The notes under the pieces: generated by a model | The model's input: the letters and a program-made list of their open reading frames with translations, nothing else | Database searches by the model: none | Told to the model about the DNA's origin: nothing | Translations under genes and position numbers: made by a program | In this document: in pieces, positions 9,903-19,370 of the stretch | Layout of the letters: each line of letters opens with the position of its first letter | How positions within the stretch are numbered: position 1 is the first letter of the stretch | Assembly: GCF_028368995.1 (NCBI RefSeq) | Contig: NZ_JAQNDL010000002.1 | Location: 1,937,776 to 2,001,775, forward strand | DNA length: 64,000 nt | Source: Nannocystis bainbridge | GTDB lineage: Bacteria; Myxococcota_A; Polyangia; Nannocystales; Nannocystaceae | Direction of reading: 5' to 3'

Positions 9903-11465
9903 TCAGCGCCGACGCCGACGCCGGATGCCCACGAGCACCAGCACGCTCGCCAGCCAGCCCTCGCGCCCGCCCGCGCTCGAGCGGCACGCGCAGCCGTCCT
10001 CGCCGTCTTGCCCGTAGCCCTCGGGCAGGGCCGCCCCGCTCAGCACCGGCGGGCCGGCCTCGTCCCCGCCGGCCTCGGCCTCGCCGCCGTCGTCCCCGGT
10101 GGTCGGCTCGCCGCCCTCCGAGCCGGTCGTCGGCGCTCCGGACGGATCGGGCAGCCCCGTCTCGCCGACCTCACCGCCGACCTCGCCGCCCGTCTCACCC
10201 GCGCCGGTCTCCCCGGCCCCGCCCGTCTCGCCGTTGCCGCCCGTCTCTCCGCCGCCGGTCGGGTCGGGCGGATCGGGCGGATCGACCGCCACCGGGTCGA
10301 CGGCGATCGCCACGCGCACCCCCGGATACACCGCCAGGTCGACGATCTCCGCCGCCGGCTCGTAGAGCCCCGGCCCGGCCACGTCGACCGCGTGCGCGCC
10401 GGCGCCGACCGGCGGCAGGGCCACGAGACCGTTGGCGTCGACCGCCTGCCCCGGCCCGCCGTCGAGGCTGACCGTCGCGCCCACCGCCGCCATCGCCGCC
10501 GGCGCGCACATGGCCGTGAAGTGATTGGGATCGACGAACGCGACCGCGTCGAGCCCGTTGACGCCCGCGCACGGCCCCTGCCCGGCCTCCATCAGCAGTC
10601 GCCGGCGCGCCCCGATCGGCGCCGACGCGTGAAGGTAGGTCACCTTCGCCCCGGCGGCGATCGGGCACAGCTCGGGCGCGGTCAGCAGGTCGATCGACTC
10701 GGCGGTGCGCTGCAGGTACGTGTTCGTCGTCGCGGTGATCGTACACAGCTTGCTGCGATCGACCACGGCCACGTGGATCTGGCCCTGCGGCACCACGTCG
10801 TGCACCAGCCCCATGTACATGTCCCAGTTCCAGCCGCCGCCCGGGTCGGTGTGGCTCTGGTTGGGCAGCTCGACGTGGCCGACGATGTGATCGCGGTCGA
10901 CCGGGATGTCGTGGCGCGTCGTCAGCCAGCGCGTCAACCTGGCCGAAGAGACATACGTCTCCCACGTGTACCACTTGGCCGGATCGTCGACGTAGCCCTC
11001 GTGCTCGATGCCGATCGACGTCGCGTTCGACGAGCCGACGTGCCACGCCTTGTCCTTGTCGAGGACCATCTGCGTGACCTCGCCGTCGACCGAGCGCATG
11101 ATGTAGTGGCACGACACCTGCGCCTGCGGGTTCTTGAACCACGACTTGGTGCCGGCGTAGCTGCCCTGCATCGTGTGCACGACGACGTGCTGGTACGAGG
11201 TGATGCCGCCCGCCGAGTGGTTGCACGCGCAGGCCGGGTCGAACGCGGCCGCCAGCGGATACTCCGGATCGGCGCCCAGCGGCGGCGGCGGCTCGATCGC
11301 CCATGACTCGAGCTCGGCCGGGCGCCAGTGGTCGTCCTCGCGCTCCGGCTCCGGCGGGGCGTCCGCCAGCGGATGCGCCGCGGCTGTCCCTGCGGACAGG
11401 CCGAGCACCGATGCGCCGATCCACAGCGCCGCGCGGCGCTTCCAGTCCGTGGAGACACCCGTCAT
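9903..11465 (-). CDS. N-acetylmuramoyl-L-alanine amidase (Amidase_2) with MYXO-CTERM sorting signal
   Basis: VVVHTMQG, SCHY, AWHVG, SIGIEHEG, GH...HTDPG; acidic GET linker; GCAC...hydrophobic...RRRRRR tail. Confidence 0.92.
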   Translation of the reverse strand: MTGVSTDWKRRAALWIGASVLGLSAGTAAAHPLADAPPEPEREDDHWRPAELESWAIEPPPPLGADPEYPLAAAFDPACACNHSAGGITSYQHVVVHTMQGSYAGTKSWFKNPQAQVSCHYIMRSVDGEVTQMVLDKDKAWHVGSSNATSIGIEHEGYVDDPAKWYTWETYVSSARLTRWLTTRHDIPVDRDHIVGHVELPNQSHTDPGGGWNWDMYMGLVHDVVPQGQIHVAVVDRSKLCTITATTNTYLQRTAESIDLLTAPELCPIAAGAKVTYLHASAPIGARRRLLMEAGQGPCAGVNGLDAVAFVDPNHFTAMCAPAAMAAVGATVSLDGGPGQAVDANGLVALPPVGAGAHAVDVAGPGLYEPAAEIVDLAVYPGVRVAIAVDPVAVDPPDPPDPTGGGETGGNGETGGAGETGAGETGGEVGGEVGETGLPDPSGAPTTGSEGGEPTTGDDGGEAEAGGDEAGPPVLSGAALPEGYGQDGEDGCACRSSAGGREGWLASVLVLVGIRRRRRR

Positions 11466-11604
11466 GAGACGACGCTAGCCCCGGCGCCGTCCCCACGCAA
11501 CCGGCTGTTTCGCGCCTGTGCGCCCCGCTACGGCGACCGCACGACCGGCGAGGCCCGCTGCGCCGACGCAGGACGCGCGCCCGGGAACGCGGGCTCTCGC
11601 GACC

Positions 11605-12291
11605 TCAGAGCAGCTGCTCGAGCCGCGCGCGGTTGAACCCGACCATCAACTCGCCGCGCACGTCGATCACCGGCACGCTCCCGGTCTGCACGCCCTTCTC
11701 CTTGGCCTTGGCTCGCAGCTCGCCCGCGGCGGTCTGGTCCTTCTCGATGTCCTTGGCGACGTACTTGACGCCCTTCTTGTCGAGGTACGACTGCACCTGC
11801 TTGCAGACCCCGCACCACTCGGTCTTGTAGACGATGACATCGGCCTCGCGCGGGGCCACCACCGGCGCCTCGAGCCCGGGCGGCAGCTCGACCGCGCTGC
11901 TGCGGCCGAGGCCCAGCGCCAGCTCCTCGAACTGGGCCCGCGGCACCGTCGAGAGCTTCCACGACCCGTCGGCCTCGGGCGTCTTCAAGTTCGCCGCCCA
12001 CACCGTCCCGTCGGGCGGCTGCGGGCCCTGCAGCAGCGTCACCCGCACCAGCCCGCGCGCCTCCTCGGGCACGTCGGCCGGCTTGCCCGTGTCCTTGAAC
12101 TGCCCGCGATCGCCCGCGAACGTCAGGACGGCGTCCTTCGCGTCGGCCGGCAGCACCGCCGCGCCGGTCTCGCCGGCCTCCGCGGTCGCCGGCGCCGCCT
12201 GCGGCCTCGTCGGCGCGGGCGGCTTCTCCGGCTCGCAGCCGCCTGAGCACAAGATCCACAGTCCGAGCAAGCTCGCGCACCTTCGCTTCAT
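11605..12291 (-). CDS. Lipoprotein with C-terminal glutaredoxin (NrdH-like) domain
   Basis: Lipobox-like SGGC; IVYKTEWCGVC...KDIEKD...SVPVIDVRG. Confidence 0.88.
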   Translation of the reverse strand: MKRRCASLLGLWILCSGGCEPEKPPAPTRPQAAPATAEAGETGAAVLPADAKDAVLTFAGDRGQFKDTGKPADVPEEARGLVRVTLLQGPQPPDGTVWAANLKTPEADGSWKLSTVPRAQFEELALGLGRSSAVELPPGLEAPVVAPREADVIVYKTEWCGVCKQVQSYLDKKGVKYVAKDIEKDQTAAGELRAKAKEKGVQTGSVPVIDVRGELMVGFNRARLEQLL

Positions 12292-12349
12292 GACGGCGCG
12301 AGTATAAGCCGCCACCGCGCCCCGGGCCTGGTAGGCTCGCGCCCGCGCC

Positions 12350-14050
12350 ATGGTGAGACTCGCATCCGGAGGGCCGCCCGAGGGCCGCAGCGTGCTCGCG
12401 CTGCTGCGGGCCGTGATCGCCCTCGTCGTCACCCTCACGATCCTCACCTTCGCGCTCTACTCCGGCTATCTCTCGTACACCGACCTCTCGCCGGAGGAGG
12501 TCCGCGTCCCGACCGCCGAGCTCACGGTCGACCGCGCCGGCCGCCGCGTCACCTACGGCCGCTCGTCGCTCACCCGCGAGAGTCGGCTGTGGTTCCTCCA
12601 CCTCGAGGGTCCGCCGGAGGAGATCGGCGACGCCCACGGCCGCCTCGCCGCCCGCCTGTGGGGCGAGCTCGACCGCGACGTCGCGCGCCTGCTGCGCAAC
12701 CGCTACCCCGAGGGCCTCGAGCGCTGGACCGCCGACATGGTCATGCGCTGGGACTTCCGCGAGTCCGACCACAGCCTCTCCCCCGGCGTGCGCCGCGAGC
12801 TGGCCGCCCTGGCCGCCGCCATGCCCGAGGCCGGCGGCGAGCGGCTCTCGAGCTACCACCGCCTCTTCCTCGACCAGAGCTTCGTCGAGCTGACGCGCCG
12901 CCTCGACGACGTCCTGCTCGAGGGCACCATGTTCGCCGCCGCCGCGCGGCCCAAAGGCGGCGGAGAGCGCGGCAACCTCGTCATCGGCCGCAGCTTCTTC
13001 GCCGACCTCGGCCTCGACGTCGAGCCCGACCGCCTCGTCACCATCGTCCACCCCGACGGCAAGTACCCGTTCGCCTCGGTCGGCTGGGCCGGCCTCATGG
13101 GCGTCGTCACCGGCATCAACGCCCGCGGGATCTTCGTCGCCCTCGACCCCACGCGCACCGACGACGCGCTCGAGGAGGGCGTGCCGCTGCCGCTGATCCT
13201 GCGCCAGATCCTCGAGGACGCCGACACCCTCGAGCAGGCGCTCGAGATCCTGCAGACCGCCCCGGCGCGCACCTCGGGCGCCGTGCTGGTCGGCGACGGC
13301 CGCCAGCGCCGCGCCGCCGTCGTCGAGCTCGCGCGCGACCGCGACGATCGCAAGCCGCGCGGCGAAGACCAGGCGCTGGTGTGGGCCACCAATCACATGC
13401 TGCGCGAGTCGTTCGAGCGTGACGCCCAGAACGACCGCATCCGCCGCTTCACCTCGAGCGGCTACCGCTACGATCGCCTCGGCGAGCTGCTGGCCGAGGC
13501 GCCCGTCGACCCGGCGCGCGCGGTCGCCATCCTGCGCGACCGCAAGGGCCTCGGCGGCGAGGAGCTCGGGCTCGGCAACCGCAACGCGGTCGACAACCTC
13601 CACCTCACCCACGCGGTCGTCGTCGACGCCACCGCCATGGTCATGTGGGTCGGCGAGGGCCCGTCGTCGCTCGGCCGCTTCCGCGCGATCGACCTCCGCC
13701 ACGCCCTCGGCCGCCGCCAGGAGCGCCCGGCCCCGCTCGACGACTTCCCCGCCGACCGCCTGCTCCACGGCGAGGAGTACAGCGACTACAAGGAGGCCCT
13801 CGAGGCCCTCGACCACGCCCGCGGCCTGCTGGCCCGCGGCCTGCCCGAGCAGGCCCTGGCGTCCGCCAGCGTCGCCCTGGCCCTCGCCCCCGACGTCGGC
13901 GAGCTGCACCGCCTGCTCGGCGACATCGAGCGCGAGCTCGGCGACCTGCCCGCCGCCCGCCGCCACTACGAGCGCTACCTCGAGCTGGTCCCCGGCCGCC
14001 TGCGCGACCAGGAGCGCGTCCGCGGCCTGCTCGAAGAGCTGCGCGAGTAA
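12350..14050 (+). CDS. Peptidase C45-like Ntn hydrolase with N-terminal TM and C-terminal TPR; lacks Cys
   Basis: GPPEEIGDAHG, FASVGWAGLMGVVTGINARG, ATNH, RYDRL, AILRDR, THAVV; TPR-like C-terminus. Confidence 0.85.
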   Translation: MVRLASGGPPEGRSVLALLRAVIALVVTLTILTFALYSGYLSYTDLSPEEVRVPTAELTVDRAGRRVTYGRSSLTRESRLWFLHLEGPPEEIGDAHGRLAARLWGELDRDVARLLRNRYPEGLERWTADMVMRWDFRESDHSLSPGVRRELAALAAAMPEAGGERLSSYHRLFLDQSFVELTRRLDDVLLEGTMFAAAARPKGGGERGNLVIGRSFFADLGLDVEPDRLVTIVHPDGKYPFASVGWAGLMGVVTGINARGIFVALDPTRTDDALEEGVPLPLILRQILEDADTLEQALEILQTAPARTSGAVLVGDGRQRRAAVVELARDRDDRKPRGEDQALVWATNHMLRESFERDAQNDRIRRFTSSGYRYDRLGELLAEAPVDPARAVAILRDRKGLGGEELGLGNRNAVDNLHLTHAVVVDATAMVMWVGEGPSSLGRFRAIDLRHALGRRQERPAPLDDFPADRLLHGEEYSDYKEALEALDHARGLLARGLPEQALASASVALALAPDVGELHRLLGDIERELGDLPAARRHYERYLELVPGRLRDQERVRGLLEELRE

Positions 14051-14058
14051 ACACGCCG

Positions 14059-14125
14059 GGACATGTCCTTACGGGCATGTCCGACAGGGCATGCCCCTGA
14101 GGACATGCCCGTTCGAGCATGTCCT
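14059..14125. repeat. 14-bp-phased CATG array (5 units)
   Basis: CATG at 14062, 14076, 14090, 14104, 14118. Confidence 0.95.
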
Positions 14126-14291
14126 CCAGGACACCATGCACACGGCCGCCGGCGAGCTGCCCGTGCTCGCCGCTGCCGCGCGACGCGTGCCCGCGATGAC
14201 CGTCCGAAGGGACATGTCGACTCGACCACGCCCTTCCAGCGAGTCCCGAAGGCCGCTCCCGACGCGCGGTCCGTGCCCGCGCGCCCCGTCG

Positions 14292-15548
<1,257 letters not shown>

Positions 15549-15609
15549 GGTAGGTGGTCCTTCGCGCCGCTTCGGCGGCTCCTTTCCCTTTATGGCATCG
15601 AGTGCCAAA

Positions 15610-16200
15610 ATGCAAACCGTGACGAAGCGAGGGCGCCCGCCGGAGACCGATGCGCGCCAGATCGCGCGCGTCGCGTTGGGCCTGTTCGCGCGCCATGGGT
15701 TCGACCGCGTGACCATGGACGACATCGCCGAGGCCGCGTCGGTGAGCCGCCGGACCCTCTTCCGCCTGTTCCCCGCGAAATCGGACCTCGTGTGGGACGG
15801 CCTCGACGACGTGCGGGACTTCGTGCGCCGGCGCGCCGCCGAGCTGGGGCCCGCCGGGCTGCGGGCCGGCGGGGTGCTGCGCGAGTTCGCCGAGCCGTTC
15901 CTGCGCGCGCTCGAAGACCCCGAGGCCGCCGCGCTCGCGCGTCAGCGCCTGCGACTGCTGGCGGCCGCGCCCGCGCTGCTCGCCCACCCGACCCTGCGCG
16001 AGATCGAGGCCGTGATCGTCACGACGCTGGCCCCGAGCGAGCCGGGCCAGGCCCCCCCGCCGCTGGTCGTGCGCACGCTGATCGCCGGCACGTTCGCCGC
16101 GCTGATGTGGTGGGCCGAGCACGGCGACGGCATGAGCGCGCTGGAGGCCACCCGCGCGGCGCTGCGGGCCCTCGCCGACGACCGCGACCCCTGCGCCTGA
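15610..16200 (+). CDS. TetR-family regulator, divergent from the P450
   Basis: RGRP...FARHGFDRVTMDDIAEAASVSRRTLFRLFPAKSDL HTH. Confidence 0.95.
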   Translation: MQTVTKRGRPPETDARQIARVALGLFARHGFDRVTMDDIAEAASVSRRTLFRLFPAKSDLVWDGLDDVRDFVRRRAAELGPAGLRAGGVLREFAEPFLRALEDPEAAALARQRLRLLAAAPALLAHPTLREIEAVIVTTLAPSEPGQAPPPLVVRTLIAGTFAALMWWAEHGDGMSALEATRAALRALADDRDPCA

Positions 16201-16210
16201 GCCCGCGCAC

Positions 16211-16290
16211 GTCCATGGTCTTCGGACCATGCCCTTTGAGACATGTTTATAAAAACATGCGCAACAGGACATGCTCGTTCAGACATGTCC
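16211..16290. repeat. 14-bp-phased CATG array (6 units)
   Basis: CATG at 16214, 16228, 16242, 16256, 16270, 16284. Confidence 0.95.
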
Positions 16291-16395
16291 TCCGGAGCTC
16301 CTCTCCCGCAGGGGATCATCACGCCGAAGCCAGGCACCAGTCCGTTTCGCCGTGTCCACGTCGACGCTTCGGCGCGGCGCCCCGCACAGGACCTT

Positions 16396-17010
16396 TCAGA
16401 CAGGCCCGAGTACCGCCCGCTCGGCCGCCGTCAGCACCTGCGGCGTCACACGCGGCGACTTCGCGCCCCGCGCGAAGAACGGCGACGGCTGGGCGCGCCT
16501 CCCGATCAGCCCGCGGGCGAGCAGCCGCAGGACCCGGCCCATGGCCGCCACCGGCACTTTCTCGTGGGTGCCGGGCGGCGTCGGCCCGGTCGCGTCGCGG
16601 CCGAACGTCCGCAGCGCCACTGGCCCGAGCGCGCGCTCGTGGGTCGCCGGCTCGGTCGCGGGATCGACGAACGCCGCCGACAGCCCCGCGAACGGCATGC
16701 GCGCCGAGGTCAGCGTATTGGCGACCGGCGTGCGGCAGCAATCGACATACCAGCGCAACATCCCCTTGTCCGACAGGCGCATGCAGCGGAGCTGCTCCTG
16801 CCCTGACCCGAGCACCAGCTGCGCCGGCGTCAGCTGCAGGATCTCCGCGCCGCCCGCCCCGTCGAGCAGCCCCTCGCCGCCGAGGAACCGCGCGAACGCC
16901 TGGCAATCGCGGCAGTAGCAGACCAGGTGGATCACCGTCGCCGGCGACATGTCCTTCGCCACGCCTCGCACCGCGCCGCAGCGACACTTCAGTCCGAGCG
17001 TCTCGCTCAT
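16396..17010 (-). CDS. DUF6151/GFA-like Zn-binding protein
   Basis: CRCGAVRG, CYCRDCQAF, LRCMRLSDKGMLRWYVDCCRTPVANT. Confidence 0.85.
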   Translation of the reverse strand: MSETLGLKCRCGAVRGVAKDMSPATVIHLVCYCRDCQAFARFLGGEGLLDGAGGAEILQLTPAQLVLGSGQEQLRCMRLSDKGMLRWYVDCCRTPVANTLTSARMPFAGLSAAFVDPATEPATHERALGPVALRTFGRDATGPTPPGTHEKVPVAAMGRVLRLLARGLIGRRAQPSPFFARGAKSPRVTPQVLTAAERAVLGPV

Positions 17011-17097
17011 GTCGCCGCGACAGTACCACGGCCGCGGAGGCCGCCTCGCTGCCGCGCGCTCCTGCTTTCGTTCGCCCGCAGCCCGCCTCGCGGCCGG

Positions 17098-17718
17098 CTA
17101 CTTGTTGCCCGCCGGCGGCTTCGGCTTCACCGCCAGCGGGCGGTCCACCAGGTCGAGCGGCGCCTCGCAGCCCGAGTTTCGCAGCTTGCACGCCTTGCAC
17201 ATGCGGCCGCTCCAGATCGCCTCGTACATCGCCTGCACCTGGTCGATCACGTCCTCGTCCTCGGTCAGCATCCCGACCTCGAAGTTGCGGCGGCCCTCGC
17301 CCTTCGCGCCCAGCCCTGCCCCGGTCCAGTTGGCGCTGCCGAGGTAGCACAGGCGGCCGTCGACGATCACCGTCTTGAGGTGCACGCGCGGGCACTGGCG
17401 CAGCTCGAGCCCGCCCTCGTAGAGCCGCGCCCGGCGGTCGAAGCTGCGGCGGAACGGCCCGGACGGCGGCGCCGCGTGCAAGATCCGCAGCTCCACCTTC
17501 TGCTGCGCCAGCGCGCTGAACACCTCGAGCACCGAGTGGAAGCGGTCGCGCGAGCGGGCCGTCGCGCGTGGGTCCTCCACCAGCAGCTCCTTCAGGTTCG
17601 CCGTTGCGATCCACACGCTCGTGCGCGCCGCCCGGACCGCCGGGATCACCGCCTCGTAGTGCCCGCGCCCCGCCACCAGGCGCATGCGGATCGGTCGCTC
17701 CGGCAGGACGAAATCCAC
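17098..17718 (-). CDS. Single-HKD phospholipase D/nuclease-family protein
   Basis: HLKTVIVD...GSANWT...NFEVG; C-terminal CxxC..C; GTG start inferred. Confidence 0.88.
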   Translation of the reverse strand: MDFVLPERPIRMRLVAGRGHYEAVIPAVRAARTSVWIATANLKELLVEDPRATARSRDRFHSVLEVFSALAQQKVELRILHAAPPSGPFRRSFDRRARLYEGGLELRQCPRVHLKTVIVDGRLCYLGSANWTGAGLGAKGEGRRNFEVGMLTEDEDVIDQVQAMYEAIWSGRMCKACKLRNSGCEAPLDLVDRPLAVKPKPPAGNK

Positions 17719-17900
17719 GGCCTCACTCCGTCGCCGCGCGCACGCGGGGTCTGTCGGGCTCGTCGGGTCGCTGCATCGCGGTCGGCGGATTGTACTCGCC
17801 GGGCCTGCGGCTGTCGCCGCGGCGCTCCCGCAGCCGCGTGCAGCCACGGGCTGGCGCCTGTTGCGCCGGATCATCCGAGCCGCGCCCGTGCGCCGTCCCG

Positions 17901-17966
17901 AGACATGTCCCCGCAGACATGCCCTTACGGACATGCCCCCGAGGACATGCCCCCGAGGACCTGTCC
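17901..17966. repeat. 14-bp-phased CATG array (5 units)
   Basis: CATG at 17904, 17918, 17932, 17946; CCTG at 17960. Confidence 0.92.
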
Positions 17967-17982
17967 TTTCAGCCCAATCGCA

Positions 17983-19176
17983 TCACATCGGCGGCACGAA
18001 CTCGTCGCACGTCTGCGCGATCAGGCCGACCGCCTCGGAGAAGAACGAGTCGTAGCTGGGCGCGCACACGCTGCCGGAGATGCCCTGATCGCCGAAAGAG
18101 TTGACGAACTCGCGGATGCGCGGGCTCGGCTCGGCGCCGGAGCTGTCGACCAGCGGCCCGCAGATGCTGTTGGGCTGGTCGTTGTCGCCGTACAGGCCGA
18201 GGACCACCAGCGCCTTCTCGTCGCCCTTCTTGGCGGCCACCAGCGACGCCTTCCAGCCGGCCGGGTTGCCGGCCGAGCCGTCGCCGAAGTTGTCGTCCTC
18301 GTCGGTGACGATGGTGACGACCAGGATCGCGTCCTGGCGCAGGAACCCGTTGTTGCACTGGAACGCCGGGCCGCTCGGCGCGACCGCCTGGACCATCGCC
18401 TCCATCGGCCGCTCCGGGTCGGAAGTCGAGCCGGTGCCGACCTGGGCCGCGCAGGCGAACGTCGAAGTCAGGTCGGGCTCGCTCACGTCCATGTAGCGGA
18501 AGCCGGTCGAGAAGTTGCAGTCCTTCGAGCTCGACTGCAGGCCGCGCGGATGGGTCACGCCGGCCCCCAGCACGTCCTCGCATTCGAGCGGCGGCGTGCC
18601 GCAGGTGTAATCGAGGCCGGCCACCGGGCAGGTGTTGCCGAACAGCGGGCAGATCAGGTTGCAGCCGCCGAACACCCACGGGTCGGTGTCGATCACCATG
18701 ATGTGATAGTCCTGGGCCTCGTCGAGCTGATCCTGGATCGACGAGATGAAGCCGGGGAAGCTGTCGATCAGCGACTGTTGCTCGTCGCTCATCGACCCCG
18801 AATTGTCGATGATGAACAGGAAATCGACCTTGCGACAGCCCATCTCGTCGCCGTCGGTCGTCACCCCGTCGGTGGTCTCCTCGACCCCGACATCGAGCTT
18901 GGGGGACCCGCCCGTGCTGGTCGGATCGCTCGTCCCGGTGGTCGTCGGGGCCGACGTCTCGCTGTCGCTGTTGCTCTCGCTGCCGCTGGCCTCCGACGTG
19001 GCCTCGGTGCCCGACTGCGACGAACCGGTGGTGCTCGTCGTGTTCGTACTATTGGTGGTCGGCGCCGTCGTCACGCCGGTGGTCGCGTTGCTGTTCGATG
19101 TCTCGACGTCGTCACCGCATGCGGAGAGGATCGAGAGCGTGGCGAGAAGGGTGCAGGTACGACGAAATCGGGTCAT
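17983..19176 (-). CDS. Lipoprotein with vWA-like domain
   Basis: Lipobox LSAC; Thr/Ser-rich linker; MIDAS VDFLFIIDNSGSM; FLRQDAILVVTIVTDEDD. Confidence 0.87.
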   Translation of the reverse strand: MTRFRRTCTLLATLSILSACGDDVETSNSNATTGVTTAPTTNSTNTTSTTGSSQSGTEATSEASGSESNSDSETSAPTTTGTSDPTSTGGSPKLDVGVEETTDGVTTDGDEMGCRKVDFLFIIDNSGSMSDEQQSLIDSFPGFISSIQDQLDEAQDYHIMVIDTDPWVFGGCNLICPLFGNTCPVAGLDYTCGTPPLECEDVLGAGVTHPRGLQSSSKDCNFSTGFRYMDVSEPDLTSTFACAAQVGTGSTSDPERPMEAMVQAVAPSGPAFQCNNGFLRQDAILVVTIVTDEDDNFGDGSAGNPAGWKASLVAAKKGDEKALVVLGLYGDNDQPNSICGPLVDSSGAEPSPRIREFVNSFGDQGISGSVCAPSYDSFFSEAVGLIAQTCDEFVPPM

Positions 19177-19370
19177 GGCAGCATCGTCCTTATATACGAG
19201 GCCAGTCCCCCACCGCTGCCCGGGCGCCGCGCGCTGCCGTCAGTTGTCGCACGCCAACACGCCCGGCGGCTGGCCACCTTCCGGACACACGTCCTTCGGA
19301 GGCCCGAACGCCATGACGGTCCCCCCGCAGCGGGTGTTACGCTCGCGGCGACGACACCGTCCCCACGCCC

